Shown: in pieces, positions 46,801-56,319 of the stretch
Numbering within the stretch: the stretch's first letter is position 1
How the letters are laid out: the number at the start of each line of letters is the position of its first letter
IMG/VR virus record: IMGVR_UViG_2767802067_000003
Coordinates: 9,633 to 73,632 of that record
Source of the DNA: a virus
Taxonomy: Duplodnaviria > Caudoviricetes
Length of the DNA: 64,000 nucleotides
Strand: one strand, 5' to 3'
Program-made: the position numbers and the translations under genes
Notes under the pieces: generated by a model
The model's database searches: none
Seen by the model: the letters and a program-made list of their open reading frames with translations, nothing else
What the model was told of the DNA's origin: nothing

Positions 46801-46839
46801 AGCCTCGGCGCTCCTATTAGTGCAACACGGCATCGGACA
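46801..46839 (+). repeat. 39-bp inverted repeat, right copy
   Basis: AGCCTCGGCGCTCCTATTAGTGCAACACGGCATCGGACA; includes one arm of TAGTGCAAC...GTTGCACTA (46818-46852). Confidence 0.85.
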
Positions 46840-46867
46840 ATGCGTTGCACTAGGGGTGGCGAGTGCT

Positions 46868-47668
46868 TCAGGCGCCGGCCAGGTGAACAGCCCAGGCTGC
46901 GGCGGCTTCACCCGACCAGGCGGCCGCGCTGGTGCTGTGCCCGCAGGAGCAGGTGATGGTGTGGTTCCCGCGGCCGCCGCGCTGGGTGGGGTAGTGGTCG
47001 CTCAGGTGGCGGCCGTAGGGCTGGTGGTTGTCGCAGACACGGCCGACGTTGGCGTACGACATCCAGTAGCCCGTGATGGTCCCGGAGGGGTCGTAGTCAC
47101 GGCTGCAGTCCGGGTGGAGGCACGTCTCGCGGGACAGGTACTTGGTCGGCAGGCGGCGGGAGATGTGCTCGTGGGCGAGCTTGGCCCATTGGGCGTCCGC
47201 CACCGGGTGGTGATGGTCTGCTGGCCGCGGCGGCATGTCGGGCATCCCCGCGAGCGTCCGCAGGGTGCGCAGGTCGTTGACGTGCATCGGGATCTGACGG
47301 TGGTTGTTGTTCCAGTCACTGTCGAAGAGCATCTGCAGGTTCACTTCGTCGCGGGCGCCGTAGTAGGCGTACAGCTCGGCGGGCTCGTCGCCGGGGGTCG
47401 CGGTGAACCAGGCGGTCAGGTCGTCGCGAATCTGCTCGGGGGTCTTCACGTCCGGGTGCGCGAGGTCGAGTTCGCCTGCGCGGGTGGGCAGGTGAGGCCA
47501 GACGTTGTCGCGTAGCCAGGGGTGGGCGCGGGCGGCGTCCTGGTCCATGGCCGCGTTCACGGCGAAGTACGTGTTGCCGGAGCCGTCGGTGATGGCGAGT
47601 TCGAGCAGTCCCCCGATGGTCCGGCGGTCGGGGTGGTACTCGGTGTCGAGGTAGGTGTGTCGGGTCAC
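46868..47668 (-). CDS. DEDDh 3'-5' exoribonuclease (Rv2179c/RNase AS-like) with C-terminal Zn-binding extension
   Basis: YLDTEY...LAI...YFAVN...WLRDNVWPHLP...LYAYYGARD...DLR...HHPVADAQW. Confidence 0.85.
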   Translation of the reverse strand: MTRHTYLDTEYHPDRRTIGGLLELAITDGSGNTYFAVNAAMDQDAARAHPWLRDNVWPHLPTRAGELDLAHPDVKTPEQIRDDLTAWFTATPGDEPAELYAYYGARDEVNLQMLFDSDWNNNHRQIPMHVNDLRTLRTLAGMPDMPPRPADHHHPVADAQWAKLAHEHISRRLPTKYLSRETCLHPDCSRDYDPSGTITGYWMSYANVGRVCDNHQPYGRHLSDHYPTQRGGRGNHTITCSCGHSTSAAAWSGEAAAAWAVHLAGA

Positions 47669-47800
47669 TGGTGGGGCTCCTGAAACTGGGGGTGTGGTTT
47701 GCCGGGAGATTTCAGTACGATGTCTGCGTCTGGGTTGTCCTTCCGCACAGTTGGTGCGGGCGGGGCAGCCCTTTTTGCTTGGCTGACGACAGTCTAGCCG

Positions 47801-47826
47801 TATTCAATTGCGCGCGCATTCGAATA
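47801..47826. promoter_or_regulatory. 26-bp pseudo-palindromic operator 1, overlapping -35 TTGCGC (47808) of a promoter with -10 TAGCGT (47831)
   Basis: TATTCAATTGCGCGCGCATTCGAATA; 17-nt spacing between hexamers. Confidence 0.7.
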
Positions 47827-47864
47827 GCTGTAGCGTCGGGATCATCAGCAACCGAGCGCGTCAG

Positions 47865-47890
47865 TACTTAGATGCGCGCGCAATTGAATA
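47865..47890. promoter_or_regulatory. Operator 2 (inverted copy)
   Basis: 47872-47890 is the exact 19-bp reverse complement of 47801-47819. Confidence 0.7.
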
Positions 47891-47903
47891 GGAGGACACT
47901 GGC

Positions 47904-48449
47904 GTGAGAACGCGCACCGCGCGTCCGCCCACCGTCCCGAGCGGTGGGCGTCCGCCCAGCAAAGGACACCCCACGATGGCCACCCGATCCACGACCAAGG
48001 CCAGCGGTCTCGGCCACCGCCTGCTCGCCGCCGCGACGTTCCTCAAGGAACTGGGAACCCCGGAGGCGGCCGAGCATGCCGCTGCCGTCGCTGAGGCGGC
48101 CGCACGGGAAAGCCGTGTCCGTTCACGGCCTGACAACCCGACCCTGACCCTGTACGTCCACACGGACACGTGGAAGCAGGCGCAGGAGGACGCCACCCCC
48201 GACCATCCGGTCACGGCTGAGGTCGATGAGGGTCTGCAGCTCTTCCTCGCAGGCGAGTTCATTCCGGAGCGGCCGGTGCGTGCGAAGCGCGGCACCTCCG
48301 CCAAGGAGACCGTCACCGTTCGCAGCACCACGGAACGCCGCGACCAGGTCGCCAACTACGCGCAGGCCGAGGCCAGCGAACGCGGCTGGGAACCGACCGT
48401 GAACCAGGTCGCCGCCGCGTGGCTGGAGCACCGCTACCCGCCGCGCTGA
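47904..48449 (+). CDS. Putative repressor with tandem ribbon-helix-helix-like domains
   Basis: TLTLYVHTDTWKQAQ..VTAEVDEGLQLF and TVTVRSTTERRDQV..TVNQVAAAWL; alternative start 47976. Confidence 0.55.
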   Translation: MRTRTARPPTVPSGGRPPSKGHPTMATRSTTKASGLGHRLLAAATFLKELGTPEAAEHAAAVAEAAARESRVRSRPDNPTLTLYVHTDTWKQAQEDATPDHPVTAEVDEGLQLFLAGEFIPERPVRAKRGTSAKETVTVRSTTERRDQVANYAQAEASERGWEPTVNQVAAAWLEHRYPPR

Positions 48450-48535
48450 TGTCCAGGCGGGCGGCAGGTTCCCGGAAGCCGACACTGGGCTGCCCCCGCC
48501 TCCATGAGCCCCCTTTCGTCTTGGAGTACCCCCAA

Positions 48536-49627
48536 GTGCCACCGAAGATCAAATCCCGCAAGCCAACCGGCATCGTGCCCTTCCCTCTGATCCTCATCGA
48601 GGGTGATGAGGGAGCCGGGAAGACGTACAGCGCGATCGAGTTCAGCGCCTCCGACAAGGTCGGCCAGATGTATGTGCTCGATCTCGCCGAAGGCTCGGCC
48701 GACGAGTACGGGGCGATTCCCGGTGCCCGGTTCGAGGTGATCGAGCATGACGGTTCCTACCTGGACATCGCCGAACAGGTCGAGGCGGTCAAGGCCGAGG
48801 CCCGCCGCGTTGCTGAGGCCGGCGAGAAGCCGGTCGTCCTCGCCATCGACTCCGGGACGGCCCTGTGGCGGATGCTCTCGGACTGGGCCTACGAGCGTGC
48901 CCGCCGAACCGACAACAACCGGGCGAAGCTGGAGCGCAACCCGGACGCGAACGTCGACGTGACGCGGAACCTGTGGAACGACTCCACCAACCGGTGGTAC
49001 CGCGTCATCCACGCACTTCAGACCTTTCCCGGTATCGCGATCATCCTGGCCAGGGGCAAGGACATCTCCGCGACGGACGAGAACGGCCAGCCGCTGCTCG
49101 ACGAGCGGCGCCGCGTCGTGCGGGAGTGGAAGGTCGCGGCCCAGAAGGACCTCGGGTTCGACTCCACCGTCTGGATTCGGATGCGCCGCGACCAGGACCC
49201 GCAGCTGATCAAGGCCCGCACACTTCGCTTCCGCGTCGAAAGCGGCAAGCCCATGCCGTTGCCTGGGTTCTCCATCGAACGCCTGGTGTTCGATCTCCTG
49301 GGGTGCTCGGCCGAGAGTCAGCCCCGGAACATGCCGGCGCTCACCGGGGACCGCACCGGGCCGTGGATGGCGCGTATCGCGGCGGCCCTGGACCGCGACG
49401 CGTGCGTGAAGCTCTGGAAGGAGCTCGACGCCGGGCCCGCTACCGGGCTGAGCGAGACCGAGTGGAAGACCGTGCGCCTGGCCGTCCAGGAACGGGTCCG
49501 ACAGCTTGCCGCACCCGCCGCCGACATCGATGGCACTCCTGACGACGATGCCAGTCGTCTGCGGGCGGCAGCGGAAGCACAGCAGGCGGAGGCCGACGCC
49601 GAATTCACCGGCCAGGAAGCGGCGTAG
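48536..49627 (+). CDS. AAA_24/Sak4-like ATPase (single-strand annealing)
   Basis: LILIEGDEGAGKTYSA; VVLAIDSGT; adjacent to an exonuclease. Confidence 0.8.
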   Translation: MPPKIKSRKPTGIVPFPLILIEGDEGAGKTYSAIEFSASDKVGQMYVLDLAEGSADEYGAIPGARFEVIEHDGSYLDIAEQVEAVKAEARRVAEAGEKPVVLAIDSGTALWRMLSDWAYERARRTDNNRAKLERNPDANVDVTRNLWNDSTNRWYRVIHALQTFPGIAIILARGKDISATDENGQPLLDERRRVVREWKVAAQKDLGFDSTVWIRMRRDQDPQLIKARTLRFRVESGKPMPLPGFSIERLVFDLLGCSAESQPRNMPALTGDRTGPWMARIAAALDRDACVKLWKELDAGPATGLSETEWKTVRLAVQERVRQLAAPAADIDGTPDDDASRLRAAAEAQQAEADAEFTGQEAA

Positions 49628-49742
49628 GCGCCCCCTGACCGCCGTGGTGGGCAGCCCGGGCGGGCTGCCCACCAGCTTCCGTCCCCACGAATCAGCGCAC
49701 CCGCGAACGCGGGACCGCGTGCCTACCGGGAAGTGCTCACCC

Positions 49743-50873
49743 ATGTCCGCCCCTCCTGCGCCGTCCCCCTCGATCTGGATAGCGGCCGATGCCGTCGACC
49801 GTGCTCGACCACGATCCAAGCAGCGGCAGCTCGGTGCCTCGGACACGGTGTGCGAACGCCGTGCCGCATACGTCTATCACGGGTGGCCCCGCACCGATCA
49901 CGTCATCAGCCGGGCCGCCATCCTCGGCACGTACATCCACGAAGGCCTGACTACCGCCGCGAAGCGGGAGTTCGGGTGGCTGGTGGAGAAGCGCGTCGCC
50001 GACGAAGAGATCCGGGGCACCATCGACATCGTCCAGTTAGACCAGGCGACAGCCCGGCGACTGCCCCGCCGGCTCCGACCGAAAGTCCCCGCCGACGTCA
50101 ACACCGTCGAGGACATCAAGACGAAGACCGTCCGACGCTGGGACCGGGTGCTCCGGTATGGCGCGACCGATGCCGAGCTTCGTCAAGTCCATACCTACGC
50201 CCGTGTCCTACGCACCCATGGCTTCCTGGCGGTGGACGGGCAGCGGGCCCTGGCCCGGCTCGGGCCGATCCCCGTCGAGAGGATCCGGATTCGGTTCATC
50301 GACCGGGACTCCGGCGAGGAGCACGTCCAGGAGATCCCGTACGACCCGCAGCGTGCGGAGGAGGCCCGCTGGTGGCTCCAGCGCATCACCGAGACGAAGT
50401 CACCCGAAGACGCCCGTAGGGACTTCTACGGCCCCGGGATCGACACGGTGTGCGACTTCTGCCCCTTCGCAACCGCTTGCTGGGGCGCTCCGGCAGCCGG
50501 TCGTCCCGTGCAGGCGAACATCGTGCGCACGGACGCCGACGTGGCGCAGAAGCTCGCGGACTACACCGCCGCGCACGAGCAGTGGTCCGCCGCCAACCGC
50601 ATCAAGAAGTTCGTCCGCAAGGCAGTCGACGCCACCCCCGAGGGCCAGTACGGCGCGCACCTGCTGGAATGGCGCAGCCCCGAAAGCGCCCAGGAGGAGC
50701 CCGACTTCCGGCAGATCATCGAGCTGTACGACGACCTGCAGGTGCCGATCCCGACCGTCCCGGACAAGGAGCGGATGGTCAAGGCGCTGATCACTGCCGG
50801 CATTGCCGTTCCCATGCGGAAGATCAAGAAAGCGGCGTCCCGCGCAATCAGCGTCTCCACCGCTGCCAAGTAG
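49743..50873 (+). CDS. PD-(D/E)xK (RecB/Cas4-like) exonuclease
   Basis: LGASDTVCERR, GTYIH, RGTIDI, EDIKTK, QVHTYA, CDFCPFATAC; contains a TTA codon. Confidence 0.85.
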   Translation: MSAPPAPSPSIWIAADAVDRARPRSKQRQLGASDTVCERRAAYVYHGWPRTDHVISRAAILGTYIHEGLTTAAKREFGWLVEKRVADEEIRGTIDIVQLDQATARRLPRRLRPKVPADVNTVEDIKTKTVRRWDRVLRYGATDAELRQVHTYARVLRTHGFLAVDGQRALARLGPIPVERIRIRFIDRDSGEEHVQEIPYDPQRAEEARWWLQRITETKSPEDARRDFYGPGIDTVCDFCPFATACWGAPAAGRPVQANIVRTDADVAQKLADYTAAHEQWSAANRIKKFVRKAVDATPEGQYGAHLLEWRSPESAQEEPDFRQIIELYDDLQVPIPTVPDKERMVKALITAGIAVPMRKIKKAASRAISVSTAAK

Positions 50874-50971
50874 GGGTCGAGCGGCCCGTGCCATGTCCGG
50901 CCGGGCCGCTCGACCTGCCGCAAGGAACTCGAGCACGACGAAAGAGCCAGTTGCCAAGACAGGGGGAGCCA

Positions 50972-51349
50972 GTGGCAGGGCAGCGAGGGCAGCCAGCCCG
51001 TATCCAGCCGAAGCAGTACACGCGTCTGATCGTCGTGCTGCGTGACAGCCCGACGATCGCGGCCGCGGCGGCCGCGATGAAGGTCGATCCCAGCACCATC
51101 TACCGGCTTTTGAAGCGCGAGCCCGTTCTCGCGCAGATGGCTGCTGCGGCACGGGCGATCGCCGCTGGCGACAAGCCCACTCCGCAGCGGGAGATCTGCG
51201 GTACCGAGTCCCGGTACGTGCTGGAGGGCTGCCGCTGCACCGACTGCACCGAGGCCGCCACGTTGGCGCGCGCGAAGCGCCGCCAGAACCTGGCTGCCGT
51301 CTACGACTCCGTCGTCCCGATGCCGATTCGGCGGGAGGACGCTGCCTGA
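50972..51349 (+). CDS. HTH + Zn-finger protein
   Basis: TIAAAAAAMKVDPSTIYRLL; CGTESRYVLEGCRCTDC; GTG after GGGAG. Confidence 0.65.
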   Translation: MAGQRGQPARIQPKQYTRLIVVLRDSPTIAAAAAAMKVDPSTIYRLLKREPVLAQMAAAARAIAAGDKPTPQREICGTESRYVLEGCRCTDCTEAATLARAKRRQNLAAVYDSVVPMPIRREDAA

Positions 51350-51363
51350 AGGGGGGAGCAATC

Positions 51364-52107
51364 TTGACGTCCATCTATCACGACGCCGCTGTTGTCCGAG
51401 CTGGCCGTGCGGCAGGCCCGGCTGACACCCCGGTCTGCCAGTGCTGCCCGCGCCGGCTGAAGCGCGAGGAGCTGAGCGCTGGTCGCGGAGTCTGCTGGCT
51501 CTGCGAGGACCGGATCGCGAGCGGGCTGCAGGAGATCCGCACGCTGTGGCCGCGGCTCAGCGAGGTGGTGCACCAGGGCGCAGCGCCCCGGGAGGAGGGC
51601 ATGCCCAAGCCGCCCAGCGGGCCGGACGGGTCTACCGCGCCCGGCAACCTGGAGGCTTATGACCTGCTGGCCGGAGGAGTCACCGGTCCGCTTCTGGCCC
51701 GTGAGGACGAGTGGCGGGCAGAGCTGCGCCGCCACGATCCTCGGTGGCCGTTGACGCCTCATCGCGGCGGTCAGGATCAGACGGTGGCTGGGGTGCTGGA
51801 GTTCCTCGGCGCCAACCTGCGCTGGGCCTGTGGCGGCGGGTACAGCGACGTGGACGATCTCGACACCGACGTGCGCCTGCTGGTGCGGCGGATGACCGCC
51901 GTGGTCAACAACGACCGCCGGCGGCCATGCACCCTGAAGGCGCCGTGTCCGCTGCCGTCCCGCACCGACCCGTCCGGCACGTGCGGCGGGGAGCTGGTGT
52001 ACGAGCCGGTTCCGGAGGCTGTGATCCGCTGCGGGCTGTGCAAGCAGCGGATCGGCTACCAGTACTGGACCGACCTGGTCGACGCCGCCGGTCTTCTGGC
52101 CGCCTGA
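51364..52107 (+). CDS. Multi-Zn-ribbon protein, possible late-gene regulator
   Basis: CQCC, CWLC, CP....CGG.L, CGLC. Confidence 0.65.
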   Translation: MTSIYHDAAVVRAGRAAGPADTPVCQCCPRRLKREELSAGRGVCWLCEDRIASGLQEIRTLWPRLSEVVHQGAAPREEGMPKPPSGPDGSTAPGNLEAYDLLAGGVTGPLLAREDEWRAELRRHDPRWPLTPHRGGQDQTVAGVLEFLGANLRWACGGGYSDVDDLDTDVRLLVRRMTAVVNNDRRRPCTLKAPCPLPSRTDPSGTCGGELVYEPVPEAVIRCGLCKQRIGYQYWTDLVDAAGLLAA

Positions 52108-52117
52108 CGAAGGGAAC

Positions 52118-52351
52118 GTGTTGGTGATGTTCAAGGGTGGGCGAGAGCCGACAGCCGAAGAGACCGCCCGTCAGATCGGCGTCAACCTGATGGACCTGGC
52201 GGTGGTCCTGGCTCCGTTCTTCGACGTGGCTGACGGCATCAAGCGGGAGATGCTCGGCCGCGGCTGGTCGTCAGCCGCAGCCGAGGCTGCTGCCCTGGAA
52301 TGGCTGCTGGGCATGCTGCGCCGCATGACGGCCGAGGCCGGACGTCAATGA
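52118..52351 (+). CDS. Hypothetical protein
   Basis: 77 aa, GC3-rich. Confidence 0.55.
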   Translation: MLVMFKGGREPTAEETARQIGVNLMDLAVVLAPFFDVADGIKREMLGRGWSSAAAEAAALEWLLGMLRRMTAEAGRQ

Positions 52352-53084
52352 CGCTCCGGACGACGCTGTCCAGGCATCCGCCCTGGTGACGGCCCTTTCG
52401 CTGGCCAAGCGGAAGCGGTGGTCGCCATTCCTATTAGTGCGACGCGAGTGCCGGTCCCGGTCTAGAGTGAGCCGGGCGGGTCGTTGGCTACGTCCGGTAA
52501 CAAGGGGGTACGCTACAGCCTTGGCGTCTTTGCCCTGACGGGCAGTGACATGACCTCGCCTCAAAAATCGAACTGGGGCCTTCCCGGTCTCGCGCGGCGT
52601 CGGAACCGCGTGTGCGAGTGGGAGACCCCAGGTGCAGTAGCGCCCGTTCGTGGAAGTCCGGGCCTTCTGCCGACGACACACAACCCGTCTTAGAGGAAGC
52701 GCAGTGCCGCAGGCCGATGATAGCGGGCGCCTGCCCGCATCCACTACCCCGACCCGCCTTGCCGCCGTCGAGCATCCCGCTCCGGCGCCGCATGGCGGGT
52801 CGTCGTGTTCCCGGACCGGATCTGGTCAGGGTGGTTCTCCCGAGAAGGCAGAGAGTATGAGGTAAGCCGCACGTAGGCAGCCCTCCGGGCCGCCAGGCCG
52901 GCCGAGATGTTCCACCATCTCAAGGCCAGCCGCAATGTCACCCCGCCGGGTCGAGTACCAGCTCTTCCCTGCGGACTTCACCCCCGAAGGCCTCCGGTTT
53001 CCAGGCCACCGGCCGACGGGGTTCACACCCAGAGCACCGAGACGGGGCTCTGTCGCGCCCTCTTCAGGAAGGAGGCGCACCATC
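52352..53084. other. Candidate replication origin / rep control region
   Basis: About 730-bp lower-GC intergenic region directly upstream of the HTH Rep gene; contains TCCTATTAGTGCGAC (52429-52443). Confidence 0.4.
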
Positions 53085-54377
53085 ATGGTGCCTTACCACG
53101 CCCCTGTTCGCCAATCCACCGAGAATGCAAGCGCGTCGAAGTCCACCCGGAAGTGGTCGCCTGCCCGGACTGAGACCATCACCGGCACCACGTCCCGGCG
53201 GACTACCCCGGCCCGGTGGTGGCGCGACGTTCAGATCGCCTACCAGGCCGGACTCATCCCCGGGGCGACAGCCACCACGCTGACTGTCGCTCAGGACCTC
53301 GTTCCCCGCATGGACTGGACCACTGGTCGGGTCCGCTACTGCTGGGCCGGTGTGATGAACCGCACAGGCCTATCCCGGACCGCCGTCGCCACCCACATCC
53401 GCCACCTACGCGCCGCCGGCTGGCTTGCCTGGGCCGAGCACGGCAGCCACTTCAACTCCAAGCGGGCCCGCGGCCAGGAGGGATACGCAGCGACGGCGAC
53501 GGTGTACGCCGCCGTGGTCCCTCCACTGTTCGACCAGCACGTCGGAAACCGGATCGAGGGCACGGGGTACACCGCCCGGGTCATCGGGGTGACCGAGCGG
53601 GGCCGCCAGGAGCGCATCGACCGGGTTCAGCAGGACGCGGCGGCAAAGGCGTCGCGTACCCCTTCCTTGAGGGTGGTTAAGGAAGAGGGTCAGGTTCAGG
53701 TAAGTGATGGGTTTTCAACTACCACGCACGCGCGGCCGACGAAAAGCAAGCCCCGGAGGACGATTCTCGGAGCAACGGTCACCCGGGCCATGGCCGACCG
53801 CGCCGAGCGGGCTGCCCGGTACATCCGGCCACTGGTGACCTGGTGCCAGACTGCGAGCCTTCGGCAGCTGTCATGGACACTGCTCGACCTGGTCGCCCGA
53901 GGCTGGGACGAGATCCGCATCCTGGTGTGGGTCCGCGAGCAGGCGAAGACCGCTCGCGGAGGGGTGATCTGGCGGCCCGACCGGCCGCACCGCTACCTGG
54001 CCGCGTGTCTTCACCTGGAGCGCATCCTGGAGGCGGAAGCAGCCCAGCGCGCTGCCGAAGCCGAGAACCGCGCCGCTCCGGACACCAACCCGGAGTGGAT
54101 GGCCTGGCTCGACACCCGGTCTGCGGCGGCCAAGGTGCCCCCACCGGACATTCAGCCGGAACCGGACCTGACAGTTGACGGGCTCACCCTGGAGGAGATC
54201 AACGACCTGCGCACCCAGGCCCGGGGAGAACTCGCAGCAGGCCGAGGGGAACTGGTGCGGGTCATGGTCGAGGCCCACGGTCTGGACGTCGCCCGCCGAC
54301 TGCTCGGTCAGGTCGTAGACCCGGCACTACGCCTCTCCTGGGTGTCCCGGCGGACCCGACTGGCGGTGGTGGCATGA
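53085..54377 (+). CDS. HTH replication initiator (plasmid-type Rep, putative)
   Basis: RMDWTTGRVRY....MNRTGLSRTAVATHIRHLRAAGWLAW.EHGS...ATATVYAAVVP; AAGGAGG RBS; coupled to DciA. Confidence 0.7.
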   Translation: MVPYHAPVRQSTENASASKSTRKWSPARTETITGTTSRRTTPARWWRDVQIAYQAGLIPGATATTLTVAQDLVPRMDWTTGRVRYCWAGVMNRTGLSRTAVATHIRHLRAAGWLAWAEHGSHFNSKRARGQEGYAATATVYAAVVPPLFDQHVGNRIEGTGYTARVIGVTERGRQERIDRVQQDAAAKASRTPSLRVVKEEGQVQVSDGFSTTTHARPTKSKPRRTILGATVTRAMADRAERAARYIRPLVTWCQTASLRQLSWTLLDLVARGWDEIRILVWVREQAKTARGGVIWRPDRPHRYLAACLHLERILEAEAAQRAAEAENRAAPDTNPEWMAWLDTRSAAAKVPPPDIQPEPDLTVDGLTLEEINDLRTQARGELAAGRGELVRVMVEAHGLDVARRLLGQVVDPALRLSWVSRRTRLAVVA

Positions 54378-55153
54378 GGGACCACGCGCCGGTCGGACCC
54401 GACCTTGCCCGGATAGCACTCGCCCAGGCCCGGGAAGCCGCTCGGCAGCGAACATTCGCACCCAAGCGAGCCGAGCCCAAGACGCCGAAAAGGGCGGCTG
54501 CCCACTCCGGAGGCCGTGAGCCAGCGGCCTTCGCCGCAGTGCTCGAGCGCCTGGTGGAGGAGGCAGGCTGGAAGCGCGGCGCCTCCGCCGGCAGCATCCT
54601 CGACCAGTGGCCCGGGCTCGTCGGTCCGGACCGCGCGAAGAACTGGCGCGCTGTCGGGTACGACCCGAGCGCCAAAGTCCTGACCATCAGCGCAACGAGC
54701 GCAGCCTGGTCCACGGCGCTGCGCTTGGAGCAGGCCCGTCTCCTCGCGCTCCTGGAGCAACGGTTCCCCGGGACCGTCGGCAGCATCCGGGTGCGCACCG
54801 GCACTACCCACCCGGCAGAGCCCGAGCCGGTCGACCAGCACCGGCCTGTGTCCGCGGGGCGCCCAACGCTCAAGGGCTGGAGCGGGCAGCCGCCCGGGGT
54901 TGAGTACTGCGCTGTGCGACAGCAGCTGCGTACCGCGAAGAACAGCCCCGAGGACAGCGAGGCGGTCAATCCGTTCCTGCCCGTGGGGTACGGCCGGCTG
55001 GGACGCGAACCGGAGGACCGGTTCCTGCCCGGCCGCGATCTGGCCCGTGCTGTGGCCGAAGCCCAGCAGTTCTCCTCTGCTCGGCGCTCGCTCGAATCCC
55101 ACTACCGCGCACTTGCCACCGCACGTCAGCAACGAAGGGAGCAACCAACGTGA
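54374..55153 (+). CDS. dciA: DciA (DUF721) helicase-loader family protein
   Basis: DLARIAL..AREAAR...REP...LV...GW...ILDQWP.LVG...VLTISATSAAWSTALRL. Confidence 0.8.
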   Translation: MRDHAPVGPDLARIALAQAREAARQRTFAPKRAEPKTPKRAAAHSGGREPAAFAAVLERLVEEAGWKRGASAGSILDQWPGLVGPDRAKNWRAVGYDPSAKVLTISATSAAWSTALRLEQARLLALLEQRFPGTVGSIRVRTGTTHPAEPEPVDQHRPVSAGRPTLKGWSGQPPGVEYCAVRQQLRTAKNSPEDSEAVNPFLPVGYGRLGREPEDRFLPGRDLARAVAEAQQFSSARRSLESHYRALATARQQRREQPT

Positions 55154-55359
55154 ACGACACCGGGTCAGCCGCCAGCGCCCCGCGGGCTTGCCTGCTCCAC
55201 CACGACGTCCATCCGATGACCAGCGTGTGCTGGGAGGCGGTGTCCGCCTGGGTCGGCAGCGAGAAGACCCGCTACCCGCACCGCACCGTCTGGGAACTCC
55301 AGGACGCTTACGAACTCACGTTCGAGCGCTCCCTACTCGATCAGCTCGTTAACACCTGA
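55150..55359 (+). CDS. Small hypothetical protein
   Basis: GTGA coupling after GGAG. Confidence 0.5.
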   Translation: MNDTGSAASAPRACLLHHDVHPMTSVCWEAVSAWVGSEKTRYPHRTVWELQDAYELTFERSLLDQLVNT

Positions 55360-55377
55360 ACCCCCGAGGAGACTTCC

Positions 55378-55584
55378 GTGGCAACGATCGCTTCCGGCCT
55401 GTCTGCACGCCAGCTTCAGGCTCTGCAGCAGACCACCCTTCTTGCCCGGCGCGCGCGGGCCGCCTCACCCGGCCACATGGATCGAGCTGGCGTTGACCAG
55501 CTGTTTCTCGAGCCCCACTACATCGACGGGCTGCCGTACCACGAAACCCGGGGCTTGACGGGCCCTTTTGACGACTGGGACTGA
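55378..55584 (+). CDS. Small hypothetical protein
   Basis: GAGGAG RBS. Confidence 0.5.
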   Translation: MATIASGLSARQLQALQQTTLLARRARAASPGHMDRAGVDQLFLEPHYIDGLPYHETRGLTGPFDDWD

Positions 55585-55938
55585 CCTCTGAATTCCGCAA
55601 CAACACATCGGACAGGATCAAGAGTTCAAGGGCCGAGCAACTTCGGTCATCAGTGGCGGAGAACCGCCGCCGTCGTGACAGAGGCTGACGAAGTGTCTAG
55701 AATCCCCGGCTGGGAGTACGCCTCCCAACTACCTCGCTACCCCCGCCAGATGGCGGGGGTAGAGGGGGCTCATACCCCCCTTGCTGCACTGTCAATCCTT
55801 GTCGGCAACACGGTGTCAGTGCAGGAGGGGGGAAATGACAATGGCCATAAGAGACTCTTAAATCCTGGCCGTGCACTAGCGCCTTCGAGGGGTTTTTGAA
55901 ACCCTTTGCCTGCCGGACCCACGATCGGAGCCCTCTGC

Positions 55939-56319
55939 ATGTCCCCGAGTGCCGCGTTGACCGACGACGTACCCGAGCATCGGTCACCCCGTCTCGCTCC
56001 CGTGGTGAACCTCGCGTCCTGGCAGGCCCGGTCGGCGTCCGCCGCTGCCGCCGATGAGGCAGTCTCCCAAGCACGCGAACACTGGACCAGGGTTCTCACC
56101 ACAGCCGGTCTGAGCTGGTCAGCTCCCAGCTCGGTGAGCCAGGTCGTCACCGTCGTCGCCGAAGAACTGGAACGCCTCGTCGGCGGCCTGCACGCGATAC
56201 GCGAAGGCGGCGGGCCTCTCGGCTTGCCCCCCAACCCCGACGCCGGTCTCGACCTCACCGGCGCCCTGGCGGTCCTGGAACTGCTGAAGGACCTCGAGGA
56301 CGTGGCCAAGGCCCGCTAG
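55939..56319 (+). CDS. Hypothetical protein
   Basis: GGAG RBS; 126 aa. Confidence 0.55.
   Translation: MSPSAALTDDVPEHRSPRLAPVVNLASWQARSASAAAADEAVSQAREHWTRVLTTAGLSWSAPSSVSQVVTVVAEELERLVGGLHAIREGGGPLGLPPNPDAGLDLTGALAVLELLKDLEDVAKAR

Noticed and set aside
49743-50873. Cas4/CRISPR association
   Set aside because: No repeat-spacer array anywhere in the window; the gene sits next to a Sak4-like ATPase, a standard phage recombination pair
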